A stretch of DNA of 64,000 bases from Rebecca billardiae RCC1528. Taxonomy: Eukaryota; Protista; Haptophyta. Every line of letters starts with the position of its first letter. The first letter of the stretch is position 1. Below the pieces are notes generated by a model. The model did no database searches, was not told where the DNA came from, and saw nothing but the letters and a program-made list of their open reading frames with translations. Positions 43,273 through 51,715 of this stretch are shown piece by piece. A program made the translations under genes and the position numbers. The stretch lies in assembly GCA_965240325.2 (NCBI GenBank), contig OZ251235.1:1860001-1924000 (forward strand), read 5' to 3'.

Positions 43273-44298
43273 ATGGCGTTGCAGCCGACGGTGAAGGCGC
43301 GGGCGCTCGCGCACAACCTCGACGTCGCCGACGAGCCGAAGCGGACGGCGGTCGAGCCGCACGAGATCGACGGGCGGTACACGCGCGCCGCGTGGAATCG
43401 GCCGCACGAGCTCCACCAGTCGCGCTGGACGCACGGCACGCGCGAGGAGTACGTCCGGCGCGCGCGTGCGGCCGGGCCACCCGCCGGCACGGACTACGCG
43501 AGCGGCGTGGCTGCGTGCCTGACGCACGAGCTCGGCACGCCACTCATCCACCGCCATGTCGAAGGCCTCGTACCCGGCTACGGCTGCGTCTTCGGCCTGC
43601 GCCCACCGCGCGACCCGGCGCCGCCCGACACGCTTGACGGCGGCGCGTTCCATCGGCGGCCGCAGCTGTGCCAGAAGCGGCCGCACACCGTCGGCGACGC
43701 GGGCGTGGTGCGCGACCGCGCGCTGTGGACGGCCGCTGGCCTCGCGACCAACCGCACCACGCCCGCGCGCCCGCGGCAGCTCAGCGGCGCCGTGCTCGCC
43801 TTCGACGTCGCGTTTGACCACCAGCCGATCGACCAGCCGCGCGCGCTGCGCATCGGCGCGGTCCTGCTGTACTACCTCGACGACGACTCGGTGCAGATCA
43901 ACCTGCCGCTCGACCCGTTCGCGGACGCGGCGCCGAACGAGTACGGCGAGCGGCGGGGCCGCGTCTTCCTGCGCCGCGCGCCGCTGCTGCGCGCCGACGG
44001 CTCGCCCGCGCTGCGGCTCGCCGAGCTGAACGTGGGCGCGAATGTGACGGTGCACGGCCGCGCGCTCGACATCGTCGGCTGCGACCCGTTCACGCGCAGC
44101 TTCCTCGAGGACTTCTACGGGGGCGCCGAGCGCGTGCCGGCCGACGGGCCGCTGCCGCTCGCCGCCAAGGCCGGGCGCGCGCGGACGGGCAACGAGGCGC
44201 GGCGCGGCGTCGGCGCCGAGCTGGCGCGAGCGGACGAAGTCGGACCGTTTGGCTGGCATGCCTCGCGGCTGCTGCGCACCGGCGGCGCCGCTTGGTAA
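43273..44298 (+). CDS. DM10-domain protein (EFHC/Rib72-like ciliary protein)
   Basis: VLAFDVAF...LLYYLDDDSVQI...GRVFLRR...LNVGANVTVHGRALDIVGCDPFTRSFL matches the DM10 consensus. Only one domain seen. Confidence 0.75.
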   Translation: MALQPTVKARALAHNLDVADEPKRTAVEPHEIDGRYTRAAWNRPHELHQSRWTHGTREEYVRRARAAGPPAGTDYASGVAACLTHELGTPLIHRHVEGLVPGYGCVFGLRPPRDPAPPDTLDGGAFHRRPQLCQKRPHTVGDAGVVRDRALWTAAGLATNRTTPARPRQLSGAVLAFDVAFDHQPIDQPRALRIGAVLLYYLDDDSVQINLPLDPFADAAPNEYGERRGRVFLRRAPLLRADGSPALRLAELNVGANVTVHGRALDIVGCDPFTRSFLEDFYGGAERVPADGPLPLAAKAGRARTGNEARRGVGAELARADEVGPFGWHASRLLRTGGAAW

Positions 44299-45003
44299 CG
44301 GCCGGCGGGCCTCACGGGGTGTCGGCCAGGCTTTCTGTCGGGCCGCGTATTTCCGCATGGCGCGCGGAGCGTGCGACCGCGCCGCCAGAAGCGTGAACCG
44401 CCGTGAACTGCCAGTCTCCGGCTCAGTGGGCGTCACTGTGCCTCTCACTTCTCAGAGAAAAAATTCAAAGTATGGACAGCACACGGCTTGAACTTGGTCG
44501 CAAGAGAATCGGTGAACACCTACAATTGTGAGACCCGCGCGGGTCGGTTCACTCGGTTGTTGACTTGGACCGGTTTCAGCGCGCTATTATTTAGATACTG
44601 AAGTTTGGCTGTTGGCACGCTCAGTCGCTCACAAACAAACCAATCATAGCCGGCCGGGGGCCCACCCCGTCAATTGAAGCGGTTTACGACGTACCCACCT
44701 TTACTACATGAGTCGTGATGGCTCGATTCTGAGCCTTGGAGTGCAGTGATGATCGTCCATATTTGTTTGGCGTGATGGCTTTTGGGTCATTTTTCCGGTT
44801 TCGAATCCATCTGTAGGCTCATGCAAATTTGCGAGAACGTTGGCCCGCGCGTTGGACGAAACTTAAGCCAGCACCCGAGGGCGGTTCGTCAGCTATGGAG
44901 GTACGGATGCGTCAAGTCCGTCAACCCCCGCCCAACCCGCCTGAACAACCGAGCCAAAGCCCCCTTTCGTCCCCCTCGCAGCAGGCCCACCGAGTGCTCG
45001 AGT

Positions 45004-47493
45004 ATGGCGGCAGTGCGCGTGGACACGCCGCGGCCAAACTTCTCGGACCCCGCCGGCGCACTCAGAGACGACCTCTCCGCGCTCGAGCCCGCGCGCTTCG
45101 ACGCCAGCCCGCAGCCGATGTTTGTGACGCACCCGGTCGAGCCGTTTGAGATTGCGCGCGTGAACGCCGCGTGGGAGGAGGCCACGCTGTACTCGTCGGC
45201 GGAGCTGGTGGGCAAGACGTGCTCGATCCTCGACGGCCAGCTCACCGACGCGCGCGCGCTCGCCACGCTGTACGAGGCCTACGCCACGCGCAAGCCCGCC
45301 ACGGTCGAGCTCGTGCACTACCGCAAGGACGGCACGCCCTTTCTGAACGAGCTGAGCGTCAGGCCGCTGCGCTCGCCCACGGGCGCGATCAGCTACATGC
45401 TCGGCAGCTCGATCATCCGCGACGCCACCGCTGCCTCGCCCTCGCGCGCGCGCCGCTCGCCGCTGATGGTGCAGCGGAGCGGGCTCGGGCGCAAGTCGAG
45501 CGCGCGCACGTCGTTCGATGCCAGCGGCTCTGAGGAGCCGGGGGCGCGGAGCCCGTCCTCCGACGACACGAGCACGCCTCCGCCGCTCGAGTCGGCCGAG
45601 CCGCGCCTGCGCAAGAAGGCGGCCTCCGCGCCGATGCCCGTGCGCTTCGCCGACGAGCACGGCAGCGCGGTCCGCGGCGAGAGCCGCCGCTCCAGCGTGC
45701 GAACGGACGGCGCGCACGGCGCGCACGGCGCGCACGGCGCGCACGGCGCGCACGGCGCGGCGCAGCACGTCGGCTTCTCGTCGCGGCTGGCGAGCGTGCT
45801 CGAGTACGACTCGCGCGCGCCGGGGCTCATCCCGAAGCGCGCGCACGAGCTCGTCGTGCGGCCGGGCCGGCACGACACGGTGCTCAAGCCGCTCGCCCTT
45901 GAGGAGCTGCATCTCGTGGGGCGAGATCAGGCGGTGGCGATGCAGGCGGCCGCGCTCGAGCGGCGCGTGTCGGCCGCGCTGCCGCCGGGCCTCGCCGCGC
46001 GCCGCGTGAGCGCGGGCTCGGCGGGCTCCGCGGCGGAGGGCAGCGCCGACCGCGCCGACGCGGGCCCCGCCGAGCCGCCGCCGCGCGACGACGGCGACGG
46101 CGGCCTGCGGCACGCGGCGCCCCAGCGAGGGGAGTCGCCCCATGTCCACGGCGCACGCAGGAGCAGCTTGAAGCGTGTGGACGAGCAGCAGCCTGCACCG
46201 CGCGGGCAGGAGCACGAGCACGGCCACGGCCACGGCCACGGCCACGGCCACGGCCACGGCCACCACCACCACGGCCGCCATCACCACGCGCACGGCCACC
46301 ACCACCACCACCACCACGAACACGCGGCGCCAGCCGGCGGCGGCGAGTGGGCGGACCAGACGGCCGCGGGCGCGCGCCGCTTCGCCGCGCTCGCGCTCGC
46401 CGCGGCGCAGCTGGGCGAAGCGGATCGACTCTGCCTGCGGCTGGCGGCGACGGCGTGCCGCGACGCGTGCCCCGGCCCGACGCGCGCGTCCCGCTCGGCG
46501 ATGCTCGGCCCGAGGCACCGCGCGCACTGGGCGCGGCGCGAGCTCGGCGTCGACCCGCGCGATGCGCCAGGCGCGTGCACGCTCGCCGCGGCGCGCGATG
46601 ACGTGGAATTGCTTCGGTGGCTGCGCAAGCACGGCGCGCCGTGCGACGTGGCCGCGTGCGCCGAGGCGGCGGCGGAGCATGGGCACATGGACGCGCTGCG
46701 CTGGCTGCTGCGCAAGGAGGGCGGCGAGGCGACGCCCGACGAGCGCGCGTGCGACGCGGCCGCGCGCGGCGGCCACCTCGCCGCGCTGCAGCTACTCCGA
46801 GCGCACGGCTGGCCGTGGTCCGCGAGCGCGTGCGCGGCCGCGGCGGGCGCGGGGCAGCTGCACGCGCTCGTCTGGGCGCACGGCGCGGGCTGCGCGCTCG
46901 ACGAGGAGTCCTGCCACGCCGCCGCGCTCGGCGGGCACGTCCCCGTCCTCGCGTGGCTGCGCCAGGCCGGCTGCGCTTGGTCGGAGATGAGTGCCGCGTT
47001 TGCCGCGAGCGCCGGCCAGCTGGACGCGCTGCGCTATCTGGTGCTGCACGGCTGCCCGCTCGACGCGCAGGCGGCGGCCGAGGCGGCGCGCGGCGGGCAC
47101 AGGCGCGTGCTCGAGTGGCTGCTCGCGGACCGCTGCCCCGTCGACGAGGACACGTGCATGGGCCTGGCGAGCTGCGGCGCGCTCGACGCGCTGCGGTGGG
47201 CGCGGAGCATGGGCGTGCCCTGGGCCGACACGACCGCCACCGCCGCCGCCGCCAACGGCCACCTCGCGACGCTGCAGTGGGCGCTCGACAACGGCTGCGA
47301 GCCGGGCGGGCTCACCGTGCGCGCGGCCGCCGCGCGCGAGGACGAGTGCGGCGCGCTCATGCTCGAGCTCATCGCCAGCCACCCCGCGGCGCCGTCGGAC
47401 GTGCGCGCGCGCGCCGAGGCCGAGCTGTGTCGCACGCGCGCGCCCGGCCTTGTTGCCGCCCCCAGCCTTCGGCGCGGCGGCGCCGGTAGCTGA
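45004..47493 (+). CDS. LOV-like PAS domain + His-rich tract + ankyrin-type repeat protein
   Basis: VNAAWEEATLYSSAELVGKTCSILDG..TD...VHYRKDGTPFLN; (HG)n/poly-His at ~46212-46323; repeats of the C..AA.GGHL..L.WL...GCPW type. Confidence 0.85.
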   Translation: MAAVRVDTPRPNFSDPAGALRDDLSALEPARFDASPQPMFVTHPVEPFEIARVNAAWEEATLYSSAELVGKTCSILDGQLTDARALATLYEAYATRKPATVELVHYRKDGTPFLNELSVRPLRSPTGAISYMLGSSIIRDATAASPSRARRSPLMVQRSGLGRKSSARTSFDASGSEEPGARSPSSDDTSTPPPLESAEPRLRKKAASAPMPVRFADEHGSAVRGESRRSSVRTDGAHGAHGAHGAHGAHGAAQHVGFSSRLASVLEYDSRAPGLIPKRAHELVVRPGRHDTVLKPLALEELHLVGRDQAVAMQAAALERRVSAALPPGLAARRVSAGSAGSAAEGSADRADAGPAEPPPRDDGDGGLRHAAPQRGESPHVHGARRSSLKRVDEQQPAPRGQEHEHGHGHGHGHGHGHGHHHHGRHHHAHGHHHHHHHEHAAPAGGGEWADQTAAGARRFAALALAAAQLGEADRLCLRLAATACRDACPGPTRASRSAMLGPRHRAHWARRELGVDPRDAPGACTLAAARDDVELLRWLRKHGAPCDVAACAEAAAEHGHMDALRWLLRKEGGEATPDERACDAAARGGHLAALQLLRAHGWPWSASACAAAAGAGQLHALVWAHGAGCALDEESCHAAALGGHVPVLAWLRQAGCAWSEMSAAFAASAGQLDALRYLVLHGCPLDAQAAAEAARGGHRRVLEWLLADRCPVDEDTCMGLASCGALDALRWARSMGVPWADTTATAAAANGHLATLQWALDNGCEPGGLTVRAAAAREDECGALMLELIASHPAAPSDVRARAEAELCRTRAPGLVAAPSLRRGGAGS

Positions 47494-48487
47494 TGACTAA
47501 CCAGCAGTAGTCAGTACTACGACGACGTACGCTTGTATAGTTACTCCGTAGCACGTCGTGCTCGTGGCGGGCTCTGAGGCCGGGCGGTACTACTTTATTA
47601 TTCGGAAATAATCGTCCCGGCAGTCCCGGCGCCGCCTCGTCGAGTCGTAGTCGACGTCTGAGGTCGCGCGCTATGTGCGAATCAAGGCCTATATGGCCGG
47701 CCATGACCGATGATATTGGCCGCTAGGCGGCCATGGCCGATGGTTAGCGGTCGACCATCCATCTCTGGCCGATGGGTATTGGCCGATGGCCGTCCGGCGG
47801 CCGGACCGCCGTACTCGTAGGCCGCGCCGGACGGCACGGCCACGGCGCCGGCGCGTGATGGCCGCGTGAGCACGCCGCGCTGGCTGCAGCACTGTCCGAC
47901 TCTGCACGGTCGTAGTTCGAGAGGGCGGCCCCGGGGCTCGGCCGACCCAACTGGTGGACTTGTTGAGCCCCAGTGGCGGTCTCGACCGAGCTTGGCAGGT
48001 GTGTGTGTGTGCCTGTGTGTGTTAATCTGATATACTATATCAGTTACAGGCGACTATGTCTATATAGCGATGTATTTGCCGATTCTGCGCGCCGGCCCGG
48101 CGAGTGAAGGACGCGAGGTGCAGCAGGCGGCGAGCCCGTCGAGACTCCGAGGGCGAGTCAGCGGCCGCACCCGCGCCCGCGACCGCGCCCACGCCCGCGC
48201 CCACGACCCCTACTTCACGGCTCGCGCTTGCACTGCCAGCAGCGCTGCGGCATCGTCTCACGCAGACCACGTCTGCCGACGCGGCGACTGCGGCAGCCTC
48301 GCGGCGAGCGGACGAGCGGTGGCTGCCGCAGCACAGTAGTCGGTTGCAAGCAGCTTCTGCGACGAGATCATGCCCAGACACTAGACAGTCAAGCCGACCT
48401 CGTTGGGGTACCATACGTTCTGCCCGAGTGGTGAATAATCTTTTGCCGAAAAAGAAAAAGGGGTGACGAATGAATATATATATGATG

Positions 48488-49094
48488 TGTTGAGCTGACG
48501 CGGCCTGGGGCGCGCATCTCAGCAGATGGCGTCGCCGCTGGGACGTCAGGGCCGGCGCCGCACCAGGCGGGCCGGCGTCATCAGCTACGGAGCAGTGGCT
48601 GGCTGGCGGCGCGCGCGCGCGGCGCGCGCGGCGGCAGGAGCGCGAGCGCAGCAGCGCTGGCGCGGATCGACGTGGACGCGGAGCGCGGACGCGGCAGCGC
48701 GGACGCGGAGCGACACGGACGTGGCGCGTGCGCGGGCGGTACGGCCCGGCGCAGCGCGACACGGTGACGTCGCACGGGCATGGCCCGGACGCCATCGTGG
48801 GAGTCCATCCGGATTTCCACTTTCGGAAAAGTGGGAATCCGGCTGAGGGTGGACGGACGAGGACGTCCGGGAGTTACGTCGGGACGGGCGGTTTTCGGGA
48901 AGGTAACGCATTCCCCGGAGCCGGCCGCGACGTGGTCACCCCGCGACCAAAAGGTCGGCGGGAGGTTAGCTTGTCCTCGTCAGAGGAGCGAGGGTCGAGA
49001 TTGCCTTCGTGGGCGTCACCGACGACGCGCCCGAGGACGTGCCGGTGAGCTCTTAGCAGGGCTCGAGACGCTCGGAGCTCGCGTTTACCCAATA
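48488..49094 (+). repeat. 5' LTR (TGTTG...CAATA)
   Basis: Direct repeat of 55054-55660. Confidence 0.95.
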
Positions 49095-49150
49095 TGCATG
49101 CAGCGATCGGGAGGGATCGTACGCGCGGCGCTTTCTCATCGATCGCGCCG

Positions 49151-51715
49151 ATGAGCACGAGCGGCCGGTACTACGGCTCGGTCGACGTTGGGAGCCTCAA
49201 CGACAAAGGTAATCAGCAGCGTTGGCTCGCGCAATCGGCGAGCAAGCTGGCGGCGCTTCCGGCGGGGCAAGGTGCTACGATGTCCGCACTGAACGGCATC
49301 ATCGTGACGCACGGCCCGAACGCGGAGCACCGCATCAACACGCTCGAGGAGTACAACTCGACGTGGGAGACATTCAACCCATCCGCGGCGAAGATGATCA
49401 AGGTCAGTGCCGAGCGGATGGACCTGGCGCGTGAGAACTACGCGCTGCAGCAGCGGCTGCTCGACCATCGCCACGAGCACGAGCGCCGCGAGCACGCCGA
49501 GCGCCGGGCCGCGGCGGAACGCGCGGCGGCGGCGGCGGCGGGGGCGAGGCAGGCGCCAAGCTACGCGCAGGCTGCCTCGGCGGGCGCGGGGAGTGGTTTA
49601 GCCACTCCGGGCGGCCCGACGGCGACCGGACCGGGTTCAGGTCCGGCGGCGGGCGGCGGATCCGGAATTTCTCCGGGTCCGGCGGCCGGCACACCCAGTC
49701 CGGGTGTGGGCACAGGCGGCGCTGCAGGTGCGCCGGCTGGGACTGACGGCGCGACGCCTATGGGCGGTGCCGGCGTCGGCGCGGCGCCTACGGGCGGCGC
49801 CGGCGGGATGGGTGGCGCGGCGCCCGCGGGCGGCGCTGCCGTGACGCTCGATCCGCGCGCGCGTGAGCTCTACCGCCGCGAGCGCGAGACCGAGGATCAG
49901 ATGCATGAGCGGCAGGCGAGCGAGCACGCCATGCTGGACATCAAACTCCGACAGAGCGTGTTGGAGGCAGCGCCGGACGGCGACGAGGCGGACCCCGCCA
50001 AGTACGCCGGGGCGCAGTACGAGAAAGGGACGGCTTTCTTACGCACCGAGCTGCGGTCGTGGGTGACGGAGGCTGCGTGGCAGCACATCAACCGCCTCAT
50101 GGAGACGCAGCCGGAGGTGCAGGAGGAGCGCGCGCGCCGGGGCGCACTTACGCCGGGGCGCGAGTTTCTGTACCTGTGGAAGACGATCCTGCGCATGCGC
50201 AAGCCCGACGACATGCGGAAGTACATGTCGGTGCGGGCACGCTGGCATCGGACGGTCCTGCCGGACTGCGGCAAGGACGGCGTCGGCGCCCTCGAGCTCT
50301 TCCAGGTGCTACAGCACAACCACGTGCTGCTGCAGGAGCTGAGTGACGCAGCGCCAGCGGCGGAGATGCTTGCGCGGCTCATCGAGTTCATTCCGTCGGT
50401 GGGCGCGGGCATCGAGATGCGGACGCGGTACGAGTCGAAGGACTACAGGACCGTGACGAACTTCGACGTGCAGGAGCTCGTGCACGAGCTCAACGGCAAG
50501 TTCGAGGACTGGGACTTCTCCAAGGGCAAGCGGGTTGACCGCGGCGGCCCTGGGCGCCCAGGGGCGGGTGGCCGCACGCCAGGAGGCGGCGGCGCTACCC
50601 GCGCGCACCCAATCGACGGGCTCCGCCTGGCGCAGGCGGCGGCGGCGTCGGCGGGTGGCGGCGGCGGCGACACGAAGTCGCCGGCTGGCCGTGGTGGCGG
50701 CGGCGGAGGTCGTGGCGGTGGCGGCGGCGGCACTGGCCGCGGCGCCGGCCGCGGAGGCCAGGACGACTCCGACGACGCGCACGGGCCGCGCTGCTACAAG
50801 TGCGGCGCCGTGGGGCATATCAAGCGTTACTGCCCGCAGGTGACGCAGGCTGATCGCGACTCGAACGCTGGCGATGACGCGGCGTCGACGCGGTCGGATC
50901 GCAGCCGTGGCTCACATCGGAGCGGCGGTGGCGGTGGCGGCGGCGGTGGCGGGGGCAGCACCCGCGCCGTGGTCGGTAATGGCAACGGCGGCGGCACGGT
51001 CCGCACGCAGGTCGCGTTCGCTCCCGAGCAGGGGGACGAGCCAGACGGCGCCGTTGGTGGCGACGGTGACGCTGACGCCGGAGACGGCGGCGGCGCCGGC
51101 GCCAGACTCGGCTTGGCGCCTATTGGCGCGGCTATCGGCGGCAGGGCGCAGCGCGACGAGGACATCGAGATCGTCGCGGCGCGGGCGGCCGAGGCACGCG
51201 GGGCGCCGCCGGAGGACAACACGCGGGCGTTGGTGTTTGACACTGGCGCACGGAAGAACATCGCCATGGCCGAGGATTTGACGAATCTTACCCCGGTGGA
51301 CGGCGCATGTCAGATCGAGTGGGGGAACGGTGCGCGGGAGCGGGTCACTCACCGCGGGACCCTGGTGGTCAAGCTTGCGGCGGACGACGACAGCGACAAG
51401 GTCCTCACGCTCGAGATCGAGGCGTGGGCGTCGCGGCGCGTCACGGCGCCGCTGCTGTCGGTCGAGCACTGCGCAGACGCAGGCATCGAGTTCCACTACT
51501 CGCAGCGCGGCAACACTGCGGACTTTACGGCGCTGGGAGGCGGCGTCGTGCAGCTGCCGCGCGATTCCACGCTGCGCGCCGAGATCGTACGGCGCCAGGT
51601 GGGGCCGGACGTCGGCGATGCGCCGGCGGAGGCGCGCGCACGGCGCAGGGCGCCAGTGCGGCGCGTGGGCGCGGGGCGGGGGCGCGTTGGCGCTGCGCCG
51701 CCCCCAAACGCCTAA
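49151..51715 (+). CDS. gag: Copia Gag + aspartic protease (ORF1)
   Basis: Zinc knuckle CYKCGAVGHIKRYC and protease LVFDTGARKNI...PLLSV. Stop TAA at 51713-51715. Confidence 0.9.
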   Translation: MSTSGRYYGSVDVGSLNDKGNQQRWLAQSASKLAALPAGQGATMSALNGIIVTHGPNAEHRINTLEEYNSTWETFNPSAAKMIKVSAERMDLARENYALQQRLLDHRHEHERREHAERRAAAERAAAAAAGARQAPSYAQAASAGAGSGLATPGGPTATGPGSGPAAGGGSGISPGPAAGTPSPGVGTGGAAGAPAGTDGATPMGGAGVGAAPTGGAGGMGGAAPAGGAAVTLDPRARELYRRERETEDQMHERQASEHAMLDIKLRQSVLEAAPDGDEADPAKYAGAQYEKGTAFLRTELRSWVTEAAWQHINRLMETQPEVQEERARRGALTPGREFLYLWKTILRMRKPDDMRKYMSVRARWHRTVLPDCGKDGVGALELFQVLQHNHVLLQELSDAAPAAEMLARLIEFIPSVGAGIEMRTRYESKDYRTVTNFDVQELVHELNGKFEDWDFSKGKRVDRGGPGRPGAGGRTPGGGGATRAHPIDGLRLAQAAAASAGGGGGDTKSPAGRGGGGGGRGGGGGGTGRGAGRGGQDDSDDAHGPRCYKCGAVGHIKRYCPQVTQADRDSNAGDDAASTRSDRSRGSHRSGGGGGGGGGGGSTRAVVGNGNGGGTVRTQVAFAPEQGDEPDGAVGGDGDADAGDGGGAGARLGLAPIGAAIGGRAQRDEDIEIVAARAAEARGAPPEDNTRALVFDTGARKNIAMAEDLTNLTPVDGACQIEWGNGARERVTHRGTLVVKLAADDDSDKVLTLEIEAWASRRVTAPLLSVEHCADAGIEFHYSQRGNTADFTALGGGVVQLPRDSTLRAEIVRRQVGPDVGDAPAEARARRRAPVRRVGAGRGRVGAAPPPNA

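Noticed and set aside
27447-44448. Numerous long overlapping antisense/alternate-frame ORFs (e.g. 31155-34295 +, 41113-44448 -)
   Set aside because: Arg/Ala/Pro-rich shadows caused by extreme GC content and stop-codon scarcity over real genes.
51307-51702. Independent ATG start for pol at 51307
   Set aside because: This stretch overlaps the protease-coding part of ORF1 and translates as low-complexity shadow sequence. Pol-like sequence begins only after the slippery site.
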